In this document: one piece after another, positions 9,405 through 19,326 of the stretch
Numbering within the stretch: position 1 is the first letter of the stretch
Layout of the letters: each line of letters begins with the position of its first letter
Virus record (IMG/VR): IMGVR_UViG_3300021387_000072
Coordinates: 32,001 to 96,000 of that record
Length of the DNA stretch: 64,000 nt
Direction: 5' to 3' (one strand)
Origin: a virus
Lineage: Duplodnaviria; Caudoviricetes
The notes under the pieces: generated by a model
The model's database searches: none
Seen by the model: the letters and a program-made list of their open reading frames with translations, nothing else
Told to the model about the DNA's origin: nothing
Translations under genes and position numbers: made by a program

Positions 9405-11249
9405 TCATGACACTGTTATTGTTGCCGAAGTGCCAGTGAATGTTGGCTGTGATACCGTGCCTGCTGGGGTATACTTACCTGTAGAAGTAAGAGATGCGCC
9501 AGTAAAGATAAGCTCCTTGCCAGTACCGGTAAAGGTAGGCTGGCTTGAAGTAGCGCTCTTAATACCGGTAGCGATCGTCTGACTTGAAAATGTAGGCAGA
9601 GTTACAGCCGTGGGCGTATTCGCAGTGAAGCTGCCAGCGGTCCAACCAAATGTCAGCGTTTCATTGGATACACTCGTAGTAAGCTCTGGCAGTGTACATG
9701 ATGCCTTCGTACCGGCAGTAACAGCACCACCACCACTTGCAGAAGCAGCCACATACTTCGTAGCTGTATTCACTGTCACTGTGATTGTAGGCGTACTTAC
9801 AGTACCAGCAGGCGTATAGTTTGCAGTACCCTCGCCGATACTGATTGTACCGGCTGGTGTGCCAGTCACTGACACGGATTTTTCAGTACCGGTGAATGTT
9901 GGCTTTGAAACTGTACCGGCAGGCTTATAAGTAGTAGAGGCACTATCTTTAAAAGCCAGAGCTTTAAGAGAACCGGTAGAGCCAAATTCATGCCATTTGT
10001 TATCTGTGCTTGAGAATATAAATTCAAGAGAACCGTAGATAACGATATCACCGGACTGAGGTGTATAGTTATTGGAATCAATAACGATAGGGGATGTAGT
10101 CGCACCATTCGTAAGTGCTGTGGTTGTTACGCCACGGTAATGCATACCACCTGACAGTGCAGTAGTGATAGGCTCAAGCACACTGGAAACATACGTTGCA
10201 ACAGCTGCAGACGTAGGCAGATTGCTGCTGCTTGCTGAAAGAGTTGTATCAACACCCTTTGCAGAAGCTGCGGCAAGTGTATAGCCGTTATACGTCTTAT
10301 TCGTAAGAGCCTGTGTATCACTGAGGTTTACAACCTGCTTACCATTTGAATACAGATGGTTACTCGAAATGTACACATTATCATTACTGTATGTCTGAGG
10401 AGAAGCAGCCTGGGTCTTAGCACCAATGACAAACAGCTTATTCGTTTCGTCATTTGTAGAACCAGTGGTGTTGGTTGTATTTGTAGGTACAACCCACGCA
10501 CCGTCACCGCGCAGGAAGCTTGCCTGCTTTCCTGCAGCGGGTGCTGGCACAAGACCTTTTGTACCGGCTGCTTCAGCAGTAGCACCACCCATTACAGTAC
10601 CCGGTATCGTTATCGTCCTTGAAGTGCCTGATGTAACGTGACCAAGCGTATTGGTTGTAATATCAGTAACAGTGAATGTACCGCCAAAGCCAGGAGATGC
10701 ATCTGCATCTGGCTTGCCATCTACAGCAGTGTAAGTTGGATGTGTGTACACGGTGTCTGTAGGCTTTGCCCATGTACCGTCACCACGAAGGAACTTACCC
10801 TGCTCACCAGCGGCTGGTGCAGGCACAATACCTTTCTGACCGCCAGCTTCTGATGTGGCACCTTTAAACTGCTGTTCTCCAAGGAAGACGAAATTTGTGC
10901 CGTCGTATATGTATTCATATACGTAACTGGCAATGCCACCGGCTCCAATATAACTTGAAGTAACAACGCCGCTCTTATAATAGATAGGCTTTGCCCCGGT
11001 ACCATTGACATTAAGCTTTGGCGAAGCAGCCGTGTTTGTGTTTGTGAATTTGACAGCGATGATAGCACCCGGCTGAAGTTCCCATCCGGTAACGCCACTT
11101 GCAAGTGTAACGGCTTTCTCTGCTGTGCCTGCTGCTGTTTCACAAGTGCCGAATGTGACATTGGTATAAGTCAGGTGTGATCTCGCTGTAGCGTCTTTGA
11201 TATTATATGAACTGCCAGAAGGCAGAACAACTTTTGAAATATCAGCCAT
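9405..11249 (-). CDS. Thr/Gly-rich fibre protein, paralogous to 3821-9379
   Basis: Same N-terminus (MADISK...YNIKDA.AR), FLRGDG repeats and C-terminal PAGTVS.PTFTG repeats. Confidence 0.7.
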   Translation of the reverse strand: MADISKVVLPSGSSYNIKDATARSHLTYTNVTFGTCETAAGTAEKAVTLASGVTGWELQPGAIIAVKFTNTNTAASPKLNVNGTGAKPIYYKSGVVTSSYIGAGGIASYVYEYIYDGTNFVFLGEQQFKGATSEAGGQKGIVPAPAAGEQGKFLRGDGTWAKPTDTVYTHPTYTAVDGKPDADASPGFGGTFTVTDITTNTLGHVTSGTSRTITIPGTVMGGATAEAAGTKGLVPAPAAGKQASFLRGDGAWVVPTNTTNTTGSTNDETNKLFVIGAKTQAASPQTYSNDNVYISSNHLYSNGKQVVNLSDTQALTNKTYNGYTLAAASAKGVDTTLSASSSNLPTSAAVATYVSSVLEPITTALSGGMHYRGVTTTALTNGATTSPIVIDSNNYTPQSGDIVIYGSLEFIFSSTDNKWHEFGSTGSLKALAFKDSASTTYKPAGTVSKPTFTGTEKSVSVTGTPAGTISIGEGTANYTPAGTVSTPTITVTVNTATKYVAASASGGGAVTAGTKASCTLPELTTSVSNETLTFGWTAGSFTANTPTAVTLPTFSSQTIATGIKSATSSQPTFTGTGKELIFTGASLTSTGKYTPAGTVSQPTFTGTSATITVS

Positions 11250-12286
11250 TAGGTATACCACCCTTCATATTTAAAAACGATAGCATCCTGCTCTTCGTCC
11301 GCTTCGAGATCCAGCATTTCAGAATCTCTCAGCTTTTGTTCGATTTTATCAAAACGATTACTTCTCGCAGAGAAAGACATACTGACATCAAAATCGTCAA
11401 TAGAGAAGTTGGAGGAGTCTGTCTTCTGTAATACAAGATTAAATGTATACCCCGGCTCTGATATCACATATGAGTCACCGGCATTCAATGTTATATAGCG
11501 AACAAACTCATTGCCTGATGCTGAATAAAAGAAGACCTTCATCTTATAGCCTTCTTTCACTTTAAACAAAGTGCCGGTAGGGAAGGGGACCAAGACGGAC
11601 ATACGGAGAGAAGTCTGTCGCTTACCGACATAAAGATAACTTCCATCATAGATATTGATATCTCCATACATCCACAAAGAGTCTACGCCATAATCGTTTA
11701 AAGCGTCTGAGTAGAGTTCACTCATGACGCTATCCAAATCAATCTTGAGTTTTTCAATCTCTTCGGTATTTAACTGAATAGCTTTTTTATTATTGAAAAT
11801 TCTACTGATGTAGCCAGTAATACGCATATACGTTTTATTGCTGTCTATATCAATTACTCCCAGAGGGACACTCTGAATCACGTACCTTACATTATACGAA
11901 TTATCAATAACATATGACCCTTCACCTATGATCTCTTTTGATTTTATAAACTGAGTTTCATCGTCTATATCGTAGAGATATAGCATAGCCTTACATCCTT
12001 CAGCTACATAAAAAAGAGTGCCTGTTTTGCATGCCATATAAGATGTTGCTGCAATACTGGTTCTGGAAGAATTTTCAATAAGCGTTCCACTTTCTGGATC
12101 TATATCCGCATACATAAAGTAATCACTTAAGGGATAATGTGCATTCTCCACAAACTCATAAGAGTCTTCCATGATTCTTTTGACTGTTGCAGACAGATTC
12201 GGAATTTCCCGCTTTTCAAGCTTTTCTATTCTGCTTAACTGACGTTCGTCACCAAGCAGATAATTGTATAAAAAAGTCTTTGTCAT
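11249..12286 (-). CDS. Hypothetical virion protein with an internal duplication
   Basis: 345 aa; two repeated units (MYADID/MYGDIN...GTLF.V.EG.K); translationally coupled to both neighbours. Confidence 0.55.
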   Translation of the reverse strand: MTKTFLYNYLLGDERQLSRIEKLEKREIPNLSATVKRIMEDSYEFVENAHYPLSDYFMYADIDPESGTLIENSSRTSIAATSYMACKTGTLFYVAEGCKAMLYLYDIDDETQFIKSKEIIGEGSYVIDNSYNVRYVIQSVPLGVIDIDSNKTYMRITGYISRIFNNKKAIQLNTEEIEKLKIDLDSVMSELYSDALNDYGVDSLWMYGDINIYDGSYLYVGKRQTSLRMSVLVPFPTGTLFKVKEGYKMKVFFYSASGNEFVRYITLNAGDSYVISEPGYTFNLVLQKTDSSNFSIDDFDVSMSFSARSNRFDKIEQKLRDSEMLDLEADEEQDAIVFKYEGWYT

Positions 12287-13071
12287 TATGGATCACTTCC
12301 AGAATCTACATTGCTTACAACAATACCTCCACGTTCATCAAAACTGATTTCGTAGATTTCGTTCTTATCGTTCTTCAGCAGCATACCGTTCATAATGCCT
12401 GTCTTAACATTACCATCGGCACCGACAAACAATGTTGTACCGGCAAGGCGTTCATCCTGTGCCTTCATAACAACCTCACTCCTCCTGGCATACTCATCGT
12501 CGAGCGTCTTCTTAAGCTGAGTGAGTTCTGTTTTCAGCATGTTTATTTCTTCCATGGTTTTCTGTTCCTCGGCATTATTATCCACGATCATCCATCCCTG
12601 GTTTCCTTCCGGGTCTGCGATCTCCTGCTGAAGATCTTCAAGTTGTTTGACGGTTATAATTTTCCCAACAAGTTCTTCATCTGAGTTCTGAACATACGGA
12701 CCAATTACAAACTCATCGCCAGCCTCAAGAGGATGAATACGCATACGCTCTCCCGGTGCGGTATAATACTTCGTCACATCAAAGATGTAGTCGTTATTAT
12801 AGTCCCACTGGTTATCGACAAAGCATATAAATGGATCCACGGAATCTACCTTTACACGGAGAGCTTTAAGACCGCCGTATATGGCTGTTTCCTCGATAAT
12901 CTCGAAATACGAGTTCTGAAAATCTTCCGGGGTTGGTATTTGGGTTTCAAATGTTTCGGCATCGTATTTTAATATGGCACCGTTACATATTGACAGACCA
13001 GTTTCATTCGATGCAAACCCATAATATATATTATTCGTCAGCACTGTCATGTACCCATATGAAAGTACCAT
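12286..13071 (-). CDS. Capsid decoration-like protein, paralog 4, with a C-terminal coiled-coil extension
   Basis: SYGYMT, FVDNQWDYNND and RIHPLEAGDEF motifs, plus about 100 extra residues. Confidence 0.55.
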   Translation of the reverse strand: MVLSYGYMTVLTNNIYYGFASNETGLSICNGAILKYDAETFETQIPTPEDFQNSYFEIIEETAIYGGLKALRVKVDSVDPFICFVDNQWDYNNDYIFDVTKYYTAPGERMRIHPLEAGDEFVIGPYVQNSDEELVGKIITVKQLEDLQQEIADPEGNQGWMIVDNNAEEQKTMEEINMLKTELTQLKKTLDDEYARRSEVVMKAQDERLAGTTLFVGADGNVKTGIMNGMLLKNDKNEIYEISFDERGGIVVSNVDSGSDP

Positions 13072-13093
13072 ATACGACACCTTCTTTCTTTAC

Positions 13094-13552
13094 TTAAGAG
13101 AAGGTGCGTTCATTCAGTTTCAGACAATCAAACTTCTTGTTCAGAAGATTCTCTGCTTCAGTATAGGGTCCGACAAGGAATTCCTCACCTTCAGACAGGG
13201 CATGAACTCGCATCATGTCTCCGGCTTCAACGCAATGTGTCTTCGGGTCATATGCGCAAGAATCATTATAGTTCCACTGATTCTCAACAAAGTAGAGAAG
13301 GTCAACAAGCTTATTGACGCGGATACGGACGGCAGGAAGGCCATCATAAACATCCGTTACTTCCACGATCTCAAACTCGTTGCCTCCATCCTCAGTGACG
13401 GCAACGAGACTGAGATCGGTGGTATCCGCATGAAGAATGTCAGACATGACAATCTCACCATTGAAAACCTTCTTCTCAGTATCGTTGATTGCACTGCCAT
13501 AGAAAACGTTATCATTACAGACGGTCATATATCCATAAGAATGATCAATCAT
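13094..13552 (-). CDS. Capsid decoration-like protein, paralog 3
   Basis: SYGYMT, FVENQWNYNDS and RVHALSEGEEF motifs. Confidence 0.55.
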   Translation of the reverse strand: MIDHSYGYMTVCNDNVFYGSAINDTEKKVFNGEIVMSDILHADTTDLSLVAVTEDGGNEFEIVEVTDVYDGLPAVRIRVNKLVDLLYFVENQWNYNDSCAYDPKTHCVEAGDMMRVHALSEGEEFLVGPYTEAENLLNKKFDCLKLNERTFS

Positions 13553-13558
13553 TTTTTA

Positions 13559-14065
13559 TCATTCCTTTCCTTTAAACGGCAGATCGTCCAGAGTAAGCTC
13601 ACTGCCAACAGTCATTGCTACCTGCTTATAGAGTACAAACACTTCACCGGTCTGCAGCTTATGCGCACGAAGCCTGTGATTCTGTTCAGTGCCGTAAGTC
13701 TTGGTATCATAAGACATACTGTCGTTATAATCCTGCAGGCTCTCGACAAAGTACAGAGGCTCTGTACCCAGCTGCTTGACATAGATATGGTTTGCGATAA
13801 GGTCCACGTTCACGCCGCTGACAACGGGCGTTTCCTCAAGACTGCCTTCGATAGCGTCAGTCTTAATGCAGATAAACTTATAGTCGCCGGTAGGCTTGGG
13901 ACCGCCAAGAACGATAGGACCGTACTCATTGGTATTATCTACATCCAGTGTCATGAGTGAACCATTCTGCACTGCATCTTCGAGGTTATTCATATAAGCG
14001 CCAAGATAGGTTTCGTCACGCAGAACAGTCATCTGACCGTACTGCACAGTTTTACTAAAAGCCAT
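13559..14065 (-). CDS. Capsid decoration-like protein, paralog 2
   Basis: YGQMT, FVESLQDYNDS and RAHKLQTGEVF motifs. Confidence 0.55.
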   Translation of the reverse strand: MAFSKTVQYGQMTVLRDETYLGAYMNNLEDAVQNGSLMTLDVDNTNEYGPIVLGGPKPTGDYKFICIKTDAIEGSLEETPVVSGVNVDLIANHIYVKQLGTEPLYFVESLQDYNDSMSYDTKTYGTEQNHRLRAHKLQTGEVFVLYKQVAMTVGSELTLDDLPFKGKE

Positions 14066-14079
14066 AATCTCACATCCTT

Positions 14080-14580
14080 TTATGATGCCACGGTCATGGT
14101 ATTGTCACCGGTGATTGTGACAATCGTTCCAGGCTGATATGTTTCTATAATATTGGGATCAAGGCTGATGATAAACATTTCACCGGCATGCAGACGATGC
14201 AGACGCACATAGTCGCCCTTCGCAGCAGCATACCTTGTCATGTCATACTTCCAGTCATCATTGTAGTCCCACTGATCGTCCACGAGGAAGAACTCGCCGC
14301 CAGGGGTAATATTCTTTACGAGGATCTCGATAGCCGGGATACCGTCGTAAACAGTGGTGGCACTGTGAACCACACCGGTCAGCGTACCGCCATTGGTACT
14401 CCGGGTGATAATAAACAGTGACTTCCGCTGATCATCATTAGCGTCAAACTTCAGATTGGCATGCACACAATTCTGAAGTAGGCCGTCATCACCATTGATG
14501 GCACGTCCTTCATAGTTCAGATCTGTGAGCATGGTCATATACCCGCACATCGGGTAGCTTGTCGTATAATCGAACGCCAT
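14080..14580 (-). CDS. Capsid decoration-like protein, paralog 1
   Basis: CGYMT, LVDDQWDYNDD and RLHRLHAGEMF motifs; directly after the scaffold gene. Confidence 0.55.
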   Translation of the reverse strand: MAFDYTTSYPMCGYMTMLTDLNYEGRAINGDDGLLQNCVHANLKFDANDDQRKSLFIITRSTNGGTLTGVVHSATTVYDGIPAIEILVKNITPGGEFFLVDDQWDYNDDWKYDMTRYAAAKGDYVRLHRLHAGEMFIISLDPNIIETYQPGTIVTITGDNTMTVAS

Positions 14581-14594
14581 TGTCTTTCACCTCA

Positions 14595-15953
14595 TTATGC
14601 TTTATCCAGAAGCGAGAAATGCGTTCTGGGTTCTGGTTCGTTATTGTCACGCTTCTCCAGAAGAGAGAAACGGTTGGCGGATCCAAGGTCACTGACAAAA
14701 GGGTTTGTCTGTGTGGTATCCACATGCGCCGCAGAAGCAACAGTCCTTGTCGGCTCAGTCTCTGACATTGCGTCGATCTTCGTCTTAAGCTCGGCGATCT
14801 CTGCAATCAGTGTCTGCACTGCAGAAGCAAGCGCCTGAACTTCGCTCTGTTCATTCGAAGCTGTAGTTTCTGCTTCCGTTTCCGAAGCTGTAGTTTTGAC
14901 TTCAGTTTCCGCAGCAGTTTCAGCAGACGCAGTTTCCTGTGCTTCTTTTTCATACACGTTCTCCGTCACAATACGATCAATGGTTTCAGCCCTTGCGCTG
15001 TTGCCAGTATCGGAATCATAAACGTCAGTAGCACTTATTGTGGTATCCTCCTGCCGCACATAGATAGCAGCCTGATTTCTCTCGCCGTTATCTTCCTGTG
15101 CAGCGGCTTCTTCCGTATGCTCCTCTTCGACTGAAGCTGTATTCGTTTCAGCCGCCTGCACGGCAGGCTCGGTAGGGGCTGGGGTCTCTTCCACATTAGC
15201 ATTCTCGGTAACGGGGTTTTCCGTGGTCTCTGCCGCAGTTTCATTTACCTGAGGCTCTGCTTCTGGCGTTCCCGTCTGCTCGGTCTGTTCCGTCTGTTCG
15301 GCGTTCTCAGTCGTAGCTTCTGTGGATTCATTCTTGGCTTCAGCTGCTTCTTCTGCAGCCTGAATCTGAATGTTATCTTTATTCATGGTTTCATCTCCCT
15401 GATTTAAACACTGGGCGATAAGCTGCATAGCAACAGCCTCATCACAAGCGGGATGTGTTACGATAGCGGCACCTTCGAGATAGTTCTTCTCGCTTGCGTC
15501 AACAATCATATTCCCGTCTTCGTCTTCTGAATGTTCTCCAACAAGAAGTTCAAAACTGAATTTCAAACCGCCAGAAGCAAACAGATTACTGATAGCGGAA
15601 CATACTTCACGGTATCTCTTTAAAATTTTAGCCGTAATGATGCACTGAGCGCCATCCTCTGTTTCCCTTTTCTCGAAATCAACGATGGACCCGATGATCT
15701 GACTTGTGAAAACATCCAGAAGTTTATTATATTTATGATCAATGTCTTTGCCCTTTATCAAACCATTGACATCAGCACAAAGCGGATCACCGATATACTT
15801 CTTCTTATGGGCAATGATCTCGTCCATGAAAGCTTCGGTAACCCTGACCTTATTGGCGTTAACCTTCAGATTGAAGAGTACGCCCTTGACATATATACAT
15901 GCGTCATTGGTTTGCAGTTCGGAGATGACAGCATCCGCAATTATTCTATGCAT
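14595..15953 (-). CDS. Prohead protease fused to an acidic scaffold domain
   Basis: N-terminal protease-like half (NANK, H, FSFE, GAAIV..PA) followed by an E/T/A-rich low-complexity coiled region; follows the portal gene. Confidence 0.7.
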   Translation of the reverse strand: MHRIIADAVISELQTNDACIYVKGVLFNLKVNANKVRVTEAFMDEIIAHKKKYIGDPLCADVNGLIKGKDIDHKYNKLLDVFTSQIIGSIVDFEKRETEDGAQCIITAKILKRYREVCSAISNLFASGGLKFSFELLVGEHSEDEDGNMIVDASEKNYLEGAAIVTHPACDEAVAMQLIAQCLNQGDETMNKDNIQIQAAEEAAEAKNESTEATTENAEQTEQTEQTGTPEAEPQVNETAAETTENPVTENANVEETPAPTEPAVQAAETNTASVEEEHTEEAAAQEDNGERNQAAIYVRQEDTTISATDVYDSDTGNSARAETIDRIVTENVYEKEAQETASAETAAETEVKTTASETEAETTASNEQSEVQALASAVQTLIAEIAELKTKIDAMSETEPTRTVASAAHVDTTQTNPFVSDLGSANRFSLLEKRDNNEPEPRTHFSLLDKA

Positions 15954-16083
15954 TATCCATCATCCTTTTATTTATACACACTGGTAGGAGTCAGTGTGTA
16001 CTTTTAATTTAAAAGAAGGCCGGTATACCGACCTATAAGCACCAGTCTGTTTCTTTAATGTCTTGCAGGCAAAAAGACAAACG

Positions 16084-17658
16084 TCATGTAGTGTTGGATT
16101 CTTTTTTAGCTTTCCGTGTCTGGGTGCTAGTCTGAGAATCCTTTGGATCAGAATGCCGTTCTTCATCCGACTTGGTTGGACGGCCTGCTTCACCACTGCT
16201 ACTTTCTTCCGTATTCTGTACTGTTATGCGACTGACGAATACATCGTCAGTACCATTCTCGGCTTCCTGTTCTCTGCGTTCTTTCTCTCTTGCTATGCTA
16301 TAGCCCTTCGATTCAAGATACGTCTGTGTAGAGACAACGCCGTTAAGCCACAGTTTTTCACACTCCTCACGGAGTTCTTTCTGACCGCTCATGCTGAGTG
16401 GTTTGAAGTGGAAAACCGGGACATTCTTAAGATTATTCGTATGAATAAGCTTAATGTCTTCTATCAGCCGAAGATTCACTTTGAACATGAAATCTTCGAA
16501 CTCACGTCTTGCGGCTTCTATGCGGGAAGCCGCAGACTGTACCGATACCTGGGCAGAGGCAAAGGTGGAACCTTCCTCGCCAGAACCGGATACAATGATG
16601 CCAGCAATACCGCCTGCAGAAAGGATGTCAGCATTAACCTGCTCATACATAGGCCACTGATACAGGTCACTCATATCGGCCTGTATAACAGAGGACTTGG
16701 CAAGGTAGGGGACAACCACAAGAGGATTATCCCTCATGCCTTTCTGGTAGACATTGCGTATCGTCTTGATCTGCTGTTCATCTGGCAGCATTTCATAAGG
16801 CATCTTCTCGTCGCCAACCCTGACCTCGACAAAGGATCTCATTCCGATATTCAGCTGTGCAGCCTCATACTTGGATATAAGTTCTTTCTTGGCAAGGGCT
16901 GGCAATGCGCTTGCAATCCACGGAACCGCATAGCGCATCCAGCCTTCTTTGGTACCCTGAAACACATACGTGTTATCCGGGTTAAGCCTCGCATACTGTG
17001 TACCTTGCTTGAGAGCTTCAGCCACTTCAGGAGGATAACCAGCAAGGATATCTTCAAGGCTGTTGTCTTCAACACCGTCTATATCAGTAGTCGTGTACAT
17101 GCGCTGCTGGAATTCCATCTTAAGACTCTGAACATCGTAGTCCACGATGGGAGTACCGTTGACGGTAATCTGACCGATCTTACACTTTGCAGGATTCAGG
17201 GTCATGATGTTTCCGTTCCAGATATAGCAGAACACGTTGGCGTACTTATAGAACTGTGTAAAGATATCGTCAATCTTTTCACGGAGCCGCATCTTCTCAT
17301 AATGCTCTTCGAAGATTGCTATGGTCTTTTCCGTATCGCATGTGAGATACCAGTCTCCGACAGAGAAAGGTACATAGACGTGCTTGATAATACCATGAAC
17401 AATGGGATCAGCATCAGTGTAGTAATCCGCAAGCTGGTAAAAAGTATTGATGTTTCTTTGTTTGTCTCTAAGGAGACTGTCGTAGTCTGCAGAATTAAGG
17501 TCACTGCTGTATGTGATATTGGAATTCTCAAACGCAGTCAGTTCCTTTTCTCCTGTATCATCCATAGCTCCCCAGACAATGATTGGTTTGTGAGACTGTG
17601 CACTGGCAGTCTGACGTGCATTTCTTCTGAATAAATTGCGCAGGCTGAATCTCGCCAT
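16084..17658 (-). CDS. Portal protein
   Basis: About 524 aa directly after terminase; C-terminal acidic region with the AGRP motif typical of portals; AGGAGGTG RBS. Confidence 0.75.
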   Translation of the reverse strand: MARFSLRNLFRRNARQTASAQSHKPIIVWGAMDDTGEKELTAFENSNITYSSDLNSADYDSLLRDKQRNINTFYQLADYYTDADPIVHGIIKHVYVPFSVGDWYLTCDTEKTIAIFEEHYEKMRLREKIDDIFTQFYKYANVFCYIWNGNIMTLNPAKCKIGQITVNGTPIVDYDVQSLKMEFQQRMYTTTDIDGVEDNSLEDILAGYPPEVAEALKQGTQYARLNPDNTYVFQGTKEGWMRYAVPWIASALPALAKKELISKYEAAQLNIGMRSFVEVRVGDEKMPYEMLPDEQQIKTIRNVYQKGMRDNPLVVVPYLAKSSVIQADMSDLYQWPMYEQVNADILSAGGIAGIIVSGSGEEGSTFASAQVSVQSAASRIEAARREFEDFMFKVNLRLIEDIKLIHTNNLKNVPVFHFKPLSMSGQKELREECEKLWLNGVVSTQTYLESKGYSIAREKERREQEAENGTDDVFVSRITVQNTEESSSGEAGRPTKSDEERHSDPKDSQTSTQTRKAKKESNTT

Positions 17659-17670
17659 ATGCACACCTCC

Positions 17671-19314
17671 TTAAAACTTACTGGCAATGCCCCAGCATAC
17701 TGGTCCACGTTTATGCTTCTTGATATTGTCATCTTCCAGAATACCGATGTAGTCACAGCCCATAGCCACAGAACTGTAGCGGTCCTTATGGGTACCAGCT
17801 CTGAACGTATCGTAGATGGCGTTGCCGGAAGAACTTATCTTGCAGACAATGTTGCCCATCTCGTACTGAAGTGCGTCGGCTTCAAGGAACACTGCGTAGG
17901 TTTCCTCATCCATAGTAAACTTCTCGTCAGGATTCTGAGCCTTGGCCTGCATGATACGGCTTGACTTTGGCAGCTGCAGAGTCTGCTTCTCAAGGAACAC
18001 GCGCATTGTTGAAGCCATGTGCTGGTTGATTGTCTGTACAGCGCGTATAGGATGCAGCTTCGGTTCGGCATTAGGAATAGACATCGGCTCGTCATCATGG
18101 ACGAGCGGTGGATATTCCTTGCCGGTTTCAGTATCAATCCATGCATCCATAAAGAATTTAGAAAAAGAATCGCCGACACCACGAGCGTCGTAGACGATTC
18201 TCTCTGCATTCGGAAAGCGTTTATGATAAATGATACGAACCTCATTGGACAGAACGTCCAGGCCCTTACCATTCATTGACCGCATATAGACAAGCTTCTT
18301 CATGAAGCTGCCATCGTTTCTCTCCGCAAACTTAATTACGGAGACGATTGTATTGTCCGAGCCTTTGGCATCCGACGTAGCAATGTCAACAGCGATAACG
18401 TAACGGCTCTTGCTGTTCTTTGGCTGTGCAAGCTCGATCTGTTCCAGTGTTCTGCACGGTTCCGTCAAAGAATATGGAAAGGCCGAGTTCTCTGTTGCAC
18501 CGGCAAAGATGGATCCATATTCCATATCAAAGATCTGCTTCGCCATACGTGCCTGTTCTTTCTCGAAAAACTCAGCATCCGTTATGCCATCGTCTATAGC
18601 CGCCTCATACGACAAGGCGCAGGCAAAGGCTTCAGGCTTGCCTGCCGCCATGTCTCTGGCAACACGCTTGAAGTCTTCATAAAAGGTATTTGTCTTTTCA
18701 CATGCAGAGGTTATGGCAACGAACTTTGAAGGATAATCCTTAAAGTTGTACTGCCTGCTGATATCACGCCTGTAGTTGGACAGAGGCTTGACGATAGCAT
18801 CAATGTCATCCTGCTCAAGCATAAGAGCTTCATCAATAACAATGACCTTGGCTCTGCGTCCTCTGGCGCTTATAAGGCTGGAGCTTTCCATATAGGATCC
18901 GTTCTTGAAGTAGCACGATCCCTTATCCTTGGAAAGCTGAACCAATGTACGTGAACCGTTTGTTTTAAGCTCCGCAGCCATATTGGGATTCATATCCACA
19001 AGCTGCTTGAGCTTACCGAAAACAAGAGTAGCCTGCTGTGCAGTACCGGAACACACAAAGATGATCGTACCCGGATAGAGAGAACACAGTGCAAAGCATG
19101 CGATAGCGATGACATACGTTTTACCGTAACCACGAGAACACACGTCCTTTGCATCACTGCATCTTCCGAACTCTCTGACAATGATCTTCTGTGTAGGCAT
19201 GAGCTTTATTGGCGCGAACTGATCCTCGATAAAGATATCAAGGTGATCTCTGTAGAACATGACCTGCTCTTCCATAAGATCCCAGTTCGAGATAACGCCT
19301 GGCTTTGCAATCAT
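17671..19314 (-). CDS. terL: Terminase large subunit
   Basis: Walker A SRGYGKT, Walker B VIVIDEA, coupling motif ITSA, nuclease-domain AVDIA, YDARG and KDRYSS. Confidence 0.9.
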   Translation of the reverse strand: MIAKPGVISNWDLMEEQVMFYRDHLDIFIEDQFAPIKLMPTQKIIVREFGRCSDAKDVCSRGYGKTYVIAIACFALCSLYPGTIIFVCSGTAQQATLVFGKLKQLVDMNPNMAAELKTNGSRTLVQLSKDKGSCYFKNGSYMESSSLISARGRRAKVIVIDEALMLEQDDIDAIVKPLSNYRRDISRQYNFKDYPSKFVAITSACEKTNTFYEDFKRVARDMAAGKPEAFACALSYEAAIDDGITDAEFFEKEQARMAKQIFDMEYGSIFAGATENSAFPYSLTEPCRTLEQIELAQPKNSKSRYVIAVDIATSDAKGSDNTIVSVIKFAERNDGSFMKKLVYMRSMNGKGLDVLSNEVRIIYHKRFPNAERIVYDARGVGDSFSKFFMDAWIDTETGKEYPPLVHDDEPMSIPNAEPKLHPIRAVQTINQHMASTMRVFLEKQTLQLPKSSRIMQAKAQNPDEKFTMDEETYAVFLEADALQYEMGNIVCKISSSGNAIYDTFRAGTHKDRYSSVAMGCDYIGILEDDNIKKHKRGPVCWGIASKF

Positions 19315-19326
19315 AGAACCACCGCC

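Noticed and set aside
16063-17634. Long + strand ORFs antisense to structural genes (also 2212-3282 and 13049-13960)
   Set aside because: Shadow frames of portal, capsid and decoration genes caused by codon bias; no motifs or RBS.
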